The notes under the pieces: generated by a model
The model's database searches: none
Seen by the model: only the letters and a program-made list of their open reading frames with translations
Told to the model about the DNA's origin: nothing
Translations under genes and position numbers: made by a program
DNA from: Saccostrea cucullata
Lineage: Eukaryota
Direction of reading: 5' to 3'
DNA length: 64,000 nt
Assembly: GCF_032062105.1 (NCBI RefSeq)
Contig: NW_026928000.1
Coordinates: 1-64,000, forward strand
In this document: positions 13,732-27,766 of the stretch, piece after piece
How positions within the stretch are numbered: the first letter of the stretch is position 1
How the letters are laid out: every line of letters begins with the position of its first letter

Positions 13732-15713
13732 TTAATTTATCGTGCCAAGGATCACATGAGGGTGTGACCAGTTGGAAGGTAATGCTCACTCCTCCTGTTT
13801 TAGAAGTCCATGTTTCATTATGCTTCTGATTTGTATTGTTTAATTGATTTTTTTTTGTGCTAAAACACTGTTCGTTCTTTCCACATATTTTAAAATTTAA
13901 TCAAATACTGAATGACGTTTTTCATATTAATTCTTCGGTCATTGTGGATGGATTTCTCTGAATGTCTTATCAGACAAGGAACAAACGGCGGGTGTGAACA
14001 GTGGACAGGGGATGTTTACTCCTTCGTTGGAACCAGATCCCACATTTCATGTTTACTCTGCTAAGTTAAGTTTCATTGGATCACATTTCTATGTATTTAT
14101 TTCATTTAAAACATTTTTATTACATCAAAAGAAATTATATAGCGTTGCTTATACTACGAGTGTGGAATCTAAAAAATATGTATAAAATGTCTAAATAAGG
14201 TTGAAATCTACAGGATGACTACCAAACAAAACTCTTCACAATTAAACTATTTCAATCCACAGAATTATGCTTATATATTTTCCAAGCTTTCTGTTTACTT
14301 TAAAGTTTAAATGAAATACAGTAAAGAATGTATAACAATAACAAAATAAGTTACAATGTGAAGGTATTTTCTTTTCCGACATTTAAAAATTTAATACATG
14401 TTTATCTTAAGTACTTGAGTACCAAGTACAAGTACATTTGCATCAAGGTTAAAATTCATATATTTCTTTTAAAATATTTGATTGAAAGTATAAGAAAAAA
14501 GTTTCATGACATTTATTTATTTATAGTCTGTCATATATACAACTACAGTACATATAGTCCGTTTGTATGACCCGACCACTCCCTATCTCGAGAAGATTAT
14601 TTGAGAAAATATTAACAAATCTTTTTTTAAGATACGTATACAAAAAGTGTGACTTTCATTATATTTAATGTAAGTTTGATATGCATATTCATTAAAATAT
14701 TTTTATCATTGTTTTTTAACTTTAAAATAAATTCACAAGGTTATATACGCCGTAGACTTTTAAATTATTTCCATTACCTCAAACTTGTATTTTGATTGGT
14801 ATTACTTTAAAAGGTGGTTTGCAAAAAGAAATACTAGTATACCACGAAGAAATATACATTCAGGTAATCAAAGTAGATAATCAGGGTCACAAACTAAAAA
14901 TAAGTTTCTTAAATCATGCAAAGCTAATACAATTGTATATACATGTATATAGTCTTCAAGAATGTGAACGTGACCTGGTAAATTCTTTTCTTTTTTCTCT
15001 CAAAATCCTGACATTGCAGGGTCTTTCCTTTATTGATATCACAAGATTATATAAGTACAGCTCGGCATATGGTAAAAAAAACTCCTTATTAATAATAAGC
15101 AAAAGAATTATTTTTTACAACCAAATACACAACTTTAAAATAACCTTGATGGCTTAATTTTTGCTATAGTCAAATATCCTTACTTGCATAAAATATGTAG
15201 CGATAAACTCGTGTCTCTTGCATAGGTAGTTTATGTCTCTCATTTGCATATATAATGAACGAAGAATTTCTAAAATGAAGTTGGATATAATATTGAAAAC
15301 ATGTTGATGAAACAAGCATTTCGCAAATCTTATATAGTAATAAGTTTTACAGTTTACAATTTTTCAGGACAAGGAGCACATGACGGGTGTTATTGATAGG
15401 CAGGGGATGGTTCAGCAACCAACCTCGGATGTTTTGGAGGTCCGAGTTTGTTCTGCTCCGGATTTGTATTGTTTTATGTACTTTTGGGATTGAACACTGT
15501 TCGTTATCTCCATATATTTTATCATTATATCGAATACTGACTGATTTCTTTTTTCCTACAAATGTGTCTATGGATTTTTCTGTTTGTCTTATCAGGACGT
15601 GGGGCACATATATGGCCGGTGTGAGCGGCCAGCAGGGGTGATTACTCCTTCGTTCGAACCTGATATCACATTTCATGTTTAAGAGATCCGTGTTTGCTCA
15701 CACCTGCTACTTA

Positions 15714-18700
15714 CACCACCCCCACGAGGAAACAAATTTTTGAAGTCAAACTTCTAAGTTTTGATCACTGTTAGTGGTCTATGTATTTAATTTAGAATAT
15801 TTTTATTTAATCAAAAAAATACATAGCTGTAAGAGATAGTTTGGTTAAATATGTCCATTACGCTAAAAGTGTAGATGTATTTTTTTAAAAAATCATAAAA
15901 TGTCTAAATAATGTGTGATTGATTCTCAAGAGTTGGCAATTTGAAAGACTGTGAAGCTGATGATTTTCAGTTACAATTACAAAAATGTGAGGATCTTTTT
16001 AAGACAGCCATAGAGACTAGAACCATTATCTTTGATACAAATCTCAAGATGTCCATGTTAATAACTTTGGATACAAAATGATTGATTTTTTAAAAACAAT
16101 GACATTTATAAACAATTTCTTGTAAGGGTAGTAGCACGGTGGATGTGGTTGCCACAACATGAATTTTGTGATATCTTCTTTGTAACTTGTATTCGGATGT
16201 GCACAATCTTTCCTATTTTCGCTTTTGTGTAATTTCAGAATAATATATCAATGCAAAATGCATAATAACAATAACTAAAATAAGATTAGTATATGTCAAC
16301 AAGGTAGATTCTATCACCCGCGCGCAAAATTCAAAACAAAATATACATCTTTCATGTAAGTGTCTTATTAAAGAAAACTAGAGAATTAAAGACTTTGGTA
16401 CATAAATGTAAGTAATATGATTATATTAATGACAAAGTCTTGTTTGTTGATTTTTTTGTCAGTCTTGCATTTGCACCAAGGTTTGATTTATATCAAAAAC
16501 CAAGATTTATATACAGTGAAAAGCATCATTAAATTTTTGTTTCATATTGTAAAGTCGAAAGAAACAGTAAAGTAAAGTAATTGATTTCTTTTTTTTACCT
16601 ATAAATAGCTACAATTTTTGGGAAAGATAATATACTTGTCATAACCATATATAACAGTATATATAGAATCTGTCTTTTGTGTGGAATTCAAGGTATTAAT
16701 TTTAATAAATATAATTTAACAGCTATCAGTATGGTCAAAATATTAGTATTCACGCTTTCAAAACTTAATGCTAGTAGATCTAGTACTAAGAAAAAATACG
16801 ACATAATTCAATTTGAGGATATTTCAACATGAACACTTTTAAATATTGTCATCAATAATTTTGACTATAGATATTGATCAAAAAAAGAAGCATTTGCCTC
16901 CAGGGTACATGGACGTGTGGCAATATAAATCCAAAGGACAACTGAGGCCTAGTTAAAAGCCACTTTCCTGCACATTCAGTCTTAGACTACATTGTTTGCT
17001 AACAATAGGACTCAAACTGATTTACATACTAAGGAAAAACTCTGCAAGGGAAATTAATCTTAGGTGTCATATCAATTAAATGCTCTTATTACTTAATTGT
17101 AATGTTTTTAATGTACTGAATAGGTTAATTTAAATAAATTCACAATTGTTTGAAAATTTTGTTTGTTTACTCGTAGGTTTTGAACTTTAGATGTGACGTT
17201 AAACGTAGAATTAACTTTAAACAGCCTAATTTTAAGAAAGATAATTGTGAAAACAAACGCAATAAACCCTGGTTCAATAAAGAGTTGAAATATCATTTGG
17301 CAAAGCGATTAAATAGTAAAAATCCTTGTTTAGAAAATAAAGCTAATCTTCAATTAGAAAGCAAAAATTATAAAAAGATTATGGATTCGTGTATAAAAGA
17401 TTATAGGAAAGGCATAACAAAAAACTTGAAATCTTTACGATCAACAAATACTAGAGAATATGGAAAATTTTAAATGGTCCTAATGCGATAAATAAATGTG
17501 CTGTAGATATTAATGCTATGTTTGATTTTCTGAAGGGCATCAATGAAGGTCATGACAATGTAAGTTTTCCAACAGATAGCCGTGTATGTGATGATTTTTT
17601 GAATTTTGAGATTAGTGAGGAAGAAATTTTATGTGCAGTTAAAAGATTAAAAAATAATAAGGCCGCAGGCTATGACCAGTTGCTAAACGAACATATTTCA
17701 TCAACAATAGCTACGTTTTTGCCTGTATATAAAAAAATGTTTAATTTGATTTTTGATAGTGGAATAATTCCAGACGAATGGCTCACGGGTATTGTCAAAC
17801 CGATTTTTAAAAATAAAGGTGACCCAACAAATCCAGAAAATTATCGTCCAATAACACTTTTAAGTTGTCTTGGTAAGCTTTTTACCTCCATTTTATGTAA
17901 ACGCTTGGAATGTTATGTAGATAGCTTAAATCTTATAAGCGAAAGCCAAACTGGCTTTCGGAAAGGTTATTCTACCTTGGATAATATACTTAGTTTACAT
18001 TTTCTTTCAAACATGGTGATGTCTCTCAAAAAGAAACTTTTTTGTGCTTTTATTGACTTCAAACAGGCATTCGACACAGTGTGGAGAAATGGGCTTTGGT
18101 ACAAACTTTTGAATAATGGCATTACCGGAAAATGTTTTACTTTTATAAAAAATATGTATAATGGTGTCAAGTCTCTTGTGACTATGAATGGTCTTTCATC
18201 TGAATTTTACAATTGTAACATTGGTGTCCGCCAAGGAGAAAATTTATCACCTCTCCTGTTTTCTATGTATATTAATGATCTAGAAGAGTTTCTGGCCAGC
18301 AAAAATGTACATGGGCTATCTTTTAATAATGTGAGCAGTTCAAACTCTGTAGAAAATGAAATTTTGATGTATTTTAAAATATTTATTTTGTTCTATGCTG
18401 CGATACATATAATGTCTGAGTCTGCAGAGGGTTTACAACATGCTCTAAATGAGTTTCATTCATATTGTGTACAATGGAAACTGACTGTCAATGTAGACAA
18501 AACAAAAATTATGATTTTTTCGAAAGGTCCATCTGTTAAGAATGTATTTTATTACAATAATTCTGTTATTGAAATTGTGAACGAATTTAAATACCTAGGT
18601 ATACTGTTTTCTGGATCAGGTTCATTCTGTAAAACTAAAAAACATTTATGTGAGCAAGCTCAAAAAGCAATGTATGGAATTATACGAAAAATTCGACAAT

Positions 18701-19704
18701 TTAATTTTTTGCCAGCTTGATTTGTTGAAAGTTGTCACTCCAGTACTTTTGTATGGATGTGAGATATGGGGTTTTGAGAACATTGATATGATTGAACGTG
18801 TTCATCTTAAATTTTTGAAACATATTTTTAATCTAAAAAGTAGTACTCCTAGTTATATGGTTTATGGCGAAACGGGTCGCTTCCCTTTGTATATAACAGT
18901 GTATTCGAGAATGATATCCTATTGGGCAAAATTATTGGTAAGCCTGAAAATAAGATTGTTTATGTTACATATAGACATTTATTTGAACAGTTCAGTACAG
19001 GAAGTCATAAGAATCCTTGGATTTTATGTATTAAGAATATACTAGATAGTTGTGGCTTCTCAAATGTGTGGAATGAACAGACCTTTATAAATATTAAATG
19101 GCTAAAGGCTATAGTTGATCAACGTCTTAAAGATCAGTACATACAGAAGTGGCAAAGTAATATGCGCGATTCATCTAAAGGTCTCTTTTATAGTATCTTC
19201 AAAACAGAATTTGGATTTGAAAAATATTTAGCCTTACTACCAAAAAAATTTAGAACAATATTAATTAAACTAAGAACAACAAATCATCGTCTTCCAGTTG
19301 AGACTGGGAGATGGTTTGGGATTCCCAAAAATGATAGACAATGTAATCTTTGTAATAATGGACAAATAGCTGATGAGTATCACTACATTTTAGAATGCAA
19401 ATATTTTTCCGAATGTAGAAAAAAATATCTTCCCAGTATATTTGTAATAGACCAAATTTTTTCAAATTATCAGAATTGTTGTCATCTGCTGACTCCAAAC
19501 TATTGATTAAACTATGCTGTTACATAAATAGAGTATATGAAAAAGTCTGTCCTCCATAGTTATCTTTGTTACTTTATATGAATATTTCCGCCATTTCACG
19601 TGTATCTTGTATATTATTCTTTGTATATATTGTACATATTGTTGAACCTCATGTACCATTGATATGGTCTGAGTGAATAAAATGAACTTGAACTTGAACT
19701 TGAA
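15714..19704 (+). mobile_element. Degenerate non-LTR retrotransposon (RTE-X-like LINE) with APE fragments, RT and C-terminal CCHC
   Basis: Frameshifted ORFs 17180-17473, 17518-18720, 18650-19045 and 18922-19506 carry RT motifs (KGD..NYRPITLLS, QTGFRKG, FIDFKQAFDTV, GVRQGENLSPLLF, FKYLG). YADD is damaged (FYAAIH). C-terminal CNLC..DEYHYILEC, 3' AATAAA plus (TGAACT)n tail at 19683-19706. A flanking 10-bp direct repeat CTGCTACTTA lies at 15704-15713 and 19705-19714. Confidence 0.85.
17518..19506 (+). pseudogene. Frameshifted reverse transcriptase ORF of the LINE
   Basis: RT motifs are split across three overlapping frames and the catalytic YADD is lost. Confidence 0.85.
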
Positions 19705-21148
19705 CTGCTACTTATTTTTGAAGTTTCAGTTGATCACTGTTAGTGGTCTATGTATTTAATTTAGAATATTTTTATTTAATCAAAAAAAAATACATAGCGT
19801 CCATTACGCTAAAAGTGTAGAATCTTTTAAAAAATCATAAAATGTCTAAATAAGATTGATTCTACAGGTTGGCAATCATACAAATCTCTTTACAATTAAA
19901 CAATTTCGATCTACAGAATTGTGCTTCTTTGTTTTCTTATCTTTCCTTTTGCTTTTGTGTAATTTCAAATAAAATTCAATGCAAAATGCATAATAACAAT
20001 AACTAAAATAAGATTAGTATGTCAAGGTAGATTCTATGCCAAAATTCAAAACAAAATATACATCTTTCATGTAAGTGTTCGAGTACAAAGTAAAAGTGCA
20101 TTTGCACCAAGGTTTGATTTATATCTATTTCTTAAATTTTTGATTGAAGTTGGAAAAAAGTTTTTTTTTTTATTTCTAGTCTGTCATAATTATATAACAG
20201 TATATATAGTCCTTTTGTATGATCCACCCACCCCCTTCGAAAAAAGTGGTTTGCAGAAAGCAATAACAAATAAAAAAGACAAACATATGTGTACAACATG
20301 CATAAATGTCATAACATTTAATGTAAAGGTGATATGCATATACATTAAATATTCTTTTTAACTAAAACTTAAACTTGTATTTTGATTAGCATTACTTCCA
20401 TAGATAGGTGGTTTGAAAACATTCAGCTAATCAAAACAGATAATCAGGGTCAAACACTAAAAATAAATCTCTTAAATCATGCACAGCTAATACAATTGTA
20501 CATATATTGTCTTCAAGAATGTTAACGTGACCTGATAAATTATTTTCTTTTTACTCAAATTCCTGACATTGCAAGGTCATTTTATTGATATCATATGATT
20601 AAAGAAGCGGAGTTTTTGAAAAGAAGTTAATGTTTTAGTTTCCTCTTTTCATTCTAAATCTAATATGTTTAGCTATGATAAATAGAATACCTCTTTTGGG
20701 GATTTTGTATAGTGATGTTGTGCAAAATTGATGCTGAGCATGAATTCACTTTAATAAATTCATAAAGTGTAATACCAGTAACAGACAAAAAATTAATGAA
20801 ATAGTACACTATATTAATTATGCATATATTCATCAAACGCAGCGTTTTGAAAGTTAGAGCATTGCATTGTGACATGCATTATGTATATCTTTAGCAATTA
20901 AATGAATGTTCTACAAGCTATTTGGCGCAGTAGCTACAATAATGTTAAAACGTTCTTTTTTTGCAGTTGAACTTTGACATGTCAGACCATCGCGGGGTTT
21001 GGCGTAGATCAACGTACATGTACTTCTGCGTGTCCATAGGATTTGGAATACCGTCGCACCTTGGGGTCCTAAATATTTGTTACAACTTAAATCCTGGCCT
21101 GTTTTCAATGTAATTGGGCGGTATGAGAAGAGTATAATACCCATGATG

Positions 21149-21240
21149 TGTATTTAAATTTAGACTTGTATAGGATTTCCAAAGAATCTATATATAGGAT
21201 TATTTTTTGTCCATAACAGTTGGAAAACCTATGGCAAAAG
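21149..21240 (+). promoter_or_regulatory. Core promoter motif and short first exon of SEFIR gene 2
   Basis: TGTATTTAAATTTAGACT (21149-21166), shared with genes 3 and 5, followed by ATGGCAAAAG/GTAAGG. Confidence 0.6.
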
Positions 21241-21304
21241 GTAAGGATATCAATTGTAAAAGATTAATGAATGAATGGGAATCCATAGTTTTTATCTGCT
21301 TAAT

Positions 21305-21606
21305 AGTCGCTCGCGTGGAGAAGTGGTTAGAGCTTCTGCTCTAGGATCGCGAAGTAAGGAGTTGACCCTTACGTCGCGGGTTCGAATCCCACTGTGGGAC
21401 GTGGAGACCGGTCCATCGGATGAGACAGTATAAACCGTATATATTTTCATATAAAAGGTGCTGACAGGAAAAAGATCCCTCACTGCTCAATAACCCTAAG
21501 TGCCGAGCATAGGACAAAATTTGTAGCTCTCCACCGGCAAGTGGTGGCGTCTCCATATGAGTGAAAAATTCACGAGAAGCACGTTAAACTGCATATTATC
21601 AATCAA
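21305..21606 (+). mobile_element. tRNA-derived SINE (Nin/Deu-domain-like) in intron 1 of SEFIR gene 2
   Basis: A-box TGGAGAAGTGG, B-box GGTTCGAATCC, central GGATGAGAC..TAAACCG..AAAGATCCC domain, (ATCA)n-like tail. Confidence 0.75.
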
Positions 21607-22137
21607 TATGTCTGGAATAGCATGATTAATTAATGATTACTATCTACCTTGTATTTTGATGTAGCAATAATAAGAAAAAAGACGGTATTTGCATTATGTT
21701 ATGAGCAAAATTATGATGTAGTTAACTATTGTAAAATTAAGTCATGCGATTTATTTAAAATACCCCCAAAACATAATGTCCCTTTAAAATAGTAAGATTT
21801 GCAGGAGCCTTTCTTTCTACAGTCATTGATTGCAATATTTTATCTTGAATTTCTCTAGGTTTAGTTCGAATCTGACCTTTTGTAATAATATTTTGAAAAA
21901 TTTGTTTTTATGTACATGTGTACTTTCAAAGTGAACTATTGCTTAAATTCAAGAAATCACATTTGGTTTTTCCAACCTACAGGATAAGAATTGATACAGA
22001 TCTTAATTGATGATTTTAAAAATCTAAGAAATGAGCATTTTTATTCAACAGAAATCACCGAGGAACAAAATGATTTTGGGCGTGTACTGCTTAATTCCCC
22101 TTAAGCAAGCACTTTAAGTTTTTGATTCTGAAAATCA

Positions 22138-23954
22138 ATGGCGTCCCTTCCAGAGGATGAATCTCTATTGAAATCACTATGTGAAATGCATCGAAACAGT
22201 CCCGATGGGGCTTCTCCAGAGGAATCTTTAAACCAACAACCTGCTATTGATCCTGAATCAAAGTCATCGAAACCAGGAGTTTGCAGCTGTTACATGTATA
22301 ATAGATGTGCTTCAAAAAGTCAGCCTCTATCGACGAGCTCAGAGTCTTTGGAGGACAGCATACCGGCAATATACCGATCAGCGTCGTTTTCTAATTTCTT
22401 CAACTCTCCAAGAAGTTCCTCTACAATCTGTAAGTGTCTATTATGGCTAGTTTACTATAATATTTACGGAGAGGCTTATCCTAGCCGCGTACAAGATTGT
22501 CTCTGTTAATATATACTAATCAAAATTTCTAAGTCCACAGGTAAGTTTATTTATTATTAGATTTTGCTGCTGGAAAAGCTCTCACTCTCCGGTCCGTCTT
22601 GTCCCATTCATGTTCTATAGGGTTGAGATGTGGATGACATTGAAGCTTACCGAAATTGTTTGTACCGGACAATATTAAGCCTACAGTGAGGTCTCCTTAC
22701 ATGCATTCCCCACTCTTCCAGTTTGTTTCTTATAATTTGGATAATTAAGGAGACTTCAATTAATTTTTGATAAGTGCAGAGTAATTGCACATGCACTTAG
22801 GTTCCTTCAAAACAGTGAATAATCTTTATGCAGTATCCCTGTTGTGTCGTCGCAGTACGTGCATACGCCTTGACCTTGGGCACTTCCGGTTCCGGTTTCA
22901 GTGAATTTCCGGATAAACCCTAGGATGGTTTAGTAGTATATGTTGAAAATATAGCGATTTTTAATGATTGTAAAGAATTCAAGTAAGCTTTGTTCATCTT
23001 TCTGACGGTATTTTTAAAGGTTTTAAGTAAAAAAAAAAACAAATACAGGTGAAGGAAATACAACTCTCCTTTAATGCTACAAGCGTGGACCATGTCAACT
23101 TCATTTGCACATTGTTGTGCGGACATACACGGCATTTTTATGAAGCCTTTTTCTGTTTTTCGTAAACAGCTTAAGATGGAGAACACATGGAAATTTAAAT
23201 AAATGAAAGATACACCAGAAAACATAATTATGAAACTCTCACTTTATGCTTTTTAACAAAAACGGTCATGGTTGAGTAATTACACATTCGATTACAAATT
23301 TTTGGCCGTAACACGTAAGCATTGAAAAAAGGCAAAATTATAAGCAACTTGTTAATTGATTTTAAGGTTTTTAAATAGTACTTAAAATAATAAAAGTGGG
23401 GAAATAGAAAGTTTGACAAGTATATATATTTTTTCAAATGGTATTTAATCATTGTAGATACAAGAAATCCAATTATTTATTTGACATTTTCCGATGAAAG
23501 TAAGAGGCATACACTTGAAATGTGTTCACTTTGTACAGAACTCAGCGATTCCCTTGAGTATTCTGTGAAAATTGATTCTTATAAAGCGCTTCGAAGAGCA
23601 GGAGAACTGAATATTCATAGTTGGAGAGACACAAATTACAAAAGAGCTAAATGGATACTGTTCTGTATTTCACCGCAATATAAAAACGCATTAAAAGCAG
23701 GAGAAGATAACCGTCCAGTAGTTGAGATAAAAGAACAAGAGCAAGGCATTATCTACATTCATAATATTGCAAGGGCGGAGTTTCTGCAAAATGGGAGCAA
23801 AAACCATAGAATGATACCGGTTCTTTTCACCAAAACTAAGGCATCTACAGATGATATTCCGGAATTTTTAAGATCTTCGGCATTTTTCTGGTTTCCAGAT
23901 CAGAAAGAGGATTTATATCAATTTTTAAGTACACACAGAAATGACAGTCTGTAA
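22138..23954 (+). CDS. Short soluble SEFIR protein, Act1/CIKS paralogue without death domain (~262 aa) - SEFIR gene 2
   Basis: Exons 22138-22429 (donor GTAAGT) and 23458-23954, phase 1, 789 nt. The SEFIR exon reads NPIIYLTFSD..WILFCISPQY..IYIHNIARAEFLQNGSKNHRMIPVLF..DIPEFL..FWFP. A probable first exon ends at 21240. Confidence 0.8.
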
Positions 23955-25049
23955 AACAAAAGCCTTTACATGTATATTTGTAAATACCTATTTTGAGATT
24001 GGAAGAAAAAGTTGAAAGCATATACAGTTATAAATATAATAGAGCCTATTTGTATAAACCACAAACGGAGGTTAAGGCAGCAGCTAGATCATTTTTCCGC
24101 CAATGAACACTTCAATAATTATTGTAAAATCCACAATTAAGGGAAAATCAAATATTAAATTTATTATATATTTCAATTTATTGTCCTTTAAATAGTCCTG
24201 AATGAGTCTCGGGTAAATTGTTTTATTCGAAAAAATGTCAATAAAAAAGTTTCAGCTAATCCTTCATCCAACAATCGACTATTTGAATTTAATGTCTTTA
24301 AAGACCTCTTATCAAGGTACATGTAGGATGTGGCACAATAATAATCTCTCACTAATCATTTGTTCCTAGTGCCAAAAAAAGGCATATAGCTGTAGATTTA
24401 AAGATCTTTACCGGTATATAGTGAACCTATATACTGGTGAAAAATTTCGAATGGAAGGTTAAACAAAATATAAACAATCTTGTTACAGAATTAATTATTC
24501 CATAATTTTGCATGAAATAATTTGTACATAGTATTGAATAAAGTTCATCAATTCCTATTCATCACACGATGTTAGCAGCACATTCAAAGTACAGTGTACA
24601 TTAAAATAAGGAAATATTTGTTATTTCAAAGTATGCCGTGTAATGTTGAACTTAAGCATCTTTGTTGGTCAGAAATACAGAGCAAAAACAAAACTAAGCC
24701 AATTTTATTTTTAAAAAATTAGGATAGTAATTCAGCTAACTAATTTCTCTCCATTTATTTTTAAAGAATCACTCATGATATTTACATGTAGAATATATTC
24801 TTCATATCTCTCATTTCATAATTTTTTAACATGAATTACTGGAGGATTGCTATTTTTATTATCACTCAGTATGCACACTTATTTGATCAACTGTTATGAT
24901 TTTATGTGTTAAGTATTTTACCCTTATGACAACACTTCAGTACAATGACAAAGGTTTAACTAATATTTGTTTTGTATGTTAGTATTTAATTTTAGCACTT
25001 ATATTAATCTTTAAACATGAATAAAAAATGTTATCTCAGTCTATAGTTC

Positions 25050-25830
25050 ATGTTATTTATGAAAGCATGTAAAGAAGAAAACACTTGCTGTATTGTGGCC
25101 TTCAACTTGACATTTGGATATATAGACGACGATGTATTGTCAATAAACAATGTTTATTTCCAAACTTATGTCGAGACGATATATCCCGGTGAGCTTGAGA
25201 TGAAAGATGCCACAGAGTCTGACACATCTGTGCCATATTTTGATATTTTACTTGAAAAAGACGTTAATGAAACATGCAACAATTCAAAATGGGAGCAGGG
25301 ATAAAAAGGACCCCCAAAACATAGGAGGTGGATCAGATTTCATGGAGGAGTGAGCATCTCCTGCCGACCGGTCCCACCCGCCGTGTGTTCCTTGACACGA
25401 TCGGAAAATAACGAGAAAATCCGTCGTCAATTCAGTGTATAAATAATGGTCTAACAATTACTATGAAAAACGTCAGTAGGCATTTGACTCAATGATACCT
25501 TGAATTTGCTGACAAGGTCATTACATCGACCATAGATTTTACAAATGATGACTTTAAACGAGATTGCTGGTATTTTTGATTCATCAACTTATTTGTCAAT
25601 AATTTACCCCGTTTTAGAAATTGTACATAACGTAGAGCATGCTCTTGTGTACCGAATCAACTGCAAACTCCATATGCAAGTGATGAAGGTATATTGCTGC
25701 TGGAAAGGAAGCTGACGATTGAAAAGTTAGTCAACACGTTTATCATAGAGCTTTGGTGTTAGATTGCTATTAACATCTAACAACAAAGCTTTATGATAAA
25801 CTTGATAAGTTTACAATCGTCAACTTCCAT
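25050..25830. mobile_element. Penelope-like element relics, a + strand RT fragment interrupted by an inverted copy
   Basis: FNLTFGYIDD(D)VLSINN..IYPGELEMKDATES resembles Penelope RT. A minus-strand 3' end lies at ~25280-25765 and the + strand resumes with LTTKLYDK at ~25778. Confidence 0.7.
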
Positions 25831-27515
25831 ATGCCTTAACATACTATTCGTAATGTACATAAAATATATGTACAAATTGTGACAGGCTATTGATAAAAAC
25901 TTTTCAAAGGTATTTAGAAGTAAATATCTCGGCAACCTTTATGACTCCTGGTCACAATGTTTGAATTACATTGATCTATAAAAGGTAATCCAGTTCTAAA
26001 AGCAGTTTACGATGCAACATTGTCCTCTTGTCATAAAAGAGTATGTATATTTACATGTACTGTTTCATTGTGTGCGATATGGGTTTGCACTTAATTTTCA
26101 CTGGTTTCATGTTTGCACATTTTCAAATGTTGACCTTAATGAAGCTTCACATTCCTTTCACTGTTTAATTGTACCGAAGTCCAGATCGGAGAAAATTCTT
26201 ATTCACAACTCAGTTTTCGAATCATTTACTGAGGTGAAAATGAAAAGTGTGTGTAAGGAGGAGAATAATTCTCTACATAAAGTATAACCAATTTTCGGTA
26301 AACTTGATTTTTTTTTTTACAGACATTAAATCATGAAGACTGAGAAACGTCAATTTGCAAATTGATAACAAAAAATACTCAACCAAAATTATACATCCTA
26401 TTTTATTGGGCGGAGGACTTGGACCCTTGACAAACATGTTGATTCCTTTTTTTCTAAATTCTGGAACTTGCCATTGTTTGTTCTTACATCAACAAAAAGC
26501 CGAGGAAACCTGCAACTAAATGCAAATTGATTAAAACAAAAAATAGTTCTTCATGAAAATTCCCTTTATAAAACTTTTTACATCCAAAAATTATTATGGA
26601 ATATTTTGATAGACAAGGAATATGAACAATGTCACAGACCAAATTGTAATTAAGGTACAGATACCTCATATATATATTTTAAAAGAGAGGTGTGAATGCA
26701 ACCTAAATTAAAAATAATATATTTATTTGAATTCACGTGAAAAAGAAATCAAAACAAAGGAAAGGACAAAATAATGCTTTTAATCGAGTTTGACACACAG
26801 GGTCGGCATATTTTATATTTTTACATCATTATATCAATGCAATGAAAGTTCAACAGGTAGATCTTTTTTCCAATGGGCAAAAAATGAGATAATTTTTCAC
26901 TCAGTGTTATTTTTTTATGCCTAGATATTAATTGAGCTGTCGTTTGAAAGAAATTTCTAAATTGTACATTTAATAAATAAAAATGAATATAATGTGCGAA
27001 TTTAATTAATCTCTCTTAATATATTTAGAATTTTGATTCTTTATCACCGTCATTTTCTCTGAGAAATTAAATAACAAGATAACGCTTTTTCTAATTATCT
27101 ACATCGATTTAATTCTGTCAGTAACGGTATATCCGAGGTCATGATTTATCATCTGATGGACTGTTGAATACTTGGCAACAGAAATATAACCTGGGTGGGA
27201 TAGAAAAATTTGTTACCTGTATACATACAAAAGCAATCTACTTCGACTTTGTGCATTGGCCTACGTGCAGTATGTCCAGGTTGCAATGGCATGTCAAAAA
27301 TAAGATCTAGGACACTGCCATGGAGTGTACTCATGCATGGGGTCTTACATATTCTGTATTTCACAATGTATGTATAAATAGCAAAAACGAACTAAAAAAA
27401 GTAATATGAATATCTTTAAGATGTTCAATGATGCATTTGCTTATATTTTATTATAAAAAGATATAATGAATCCTTAATGTCAGTTGTATTGATGGAATAA
27501 AATGAATGGTCATGC

Positions 27516-27766
27516 TATTATCGCTAGAAAAGTGGGAGGGTATATACTGATCGGGATGTCCGTCCGTCCGTTGCGCTTTGGGGTACCCGTCTCTTTTAAG
27601 AATTTAATGAGACATTCACAGAATCTTTGTTATATAATGCCATCGTGCTCCTCCTATTTTACTTTTTGATGTGACACTTATTTCGGGCCTCTGAGAGCAA
27701 AATATGAACTTTGCCATAATAATCATATGGGAGGAGGGGGGGTCATTTAGTGAGGTCAGTGCTCTA
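27516..27766 (-). mobile_element. Short inverted copy of the 30985-31930 Helentron lacking the internal repeats
   Basis: The reverse complement shares GAGCACTGA..CACTAAAT, ATGGCAAAGT, AAATAAGTGTCA..TCAAAAAGTAAAATAG and (GACG)n. Confidence 0.65.

Larger units (their letters stand above)
13150..20610 (+). repeat. ~2-kb diverged tandem duplication (copy A ~13150-15160; copy B ~15165-15713 plus 19705-20610, split by the LINE)
   Basis: Collinear blocks, e.g. CTATAGTCAA..ATATGTAGCG (13152/15164), ATGTTGATGAAA..TTCGCAA (13310/15301), GATAATCAGGGTCA..AACGTGACCTG (14876/20439). Confidence 0.75.

Noticed and set aside
21305-21395. tRNA gene
   Set aside because: A and B boxes are present but there is no clean cloverleaf, and it continues into a SINE body found elsewhere in the window.
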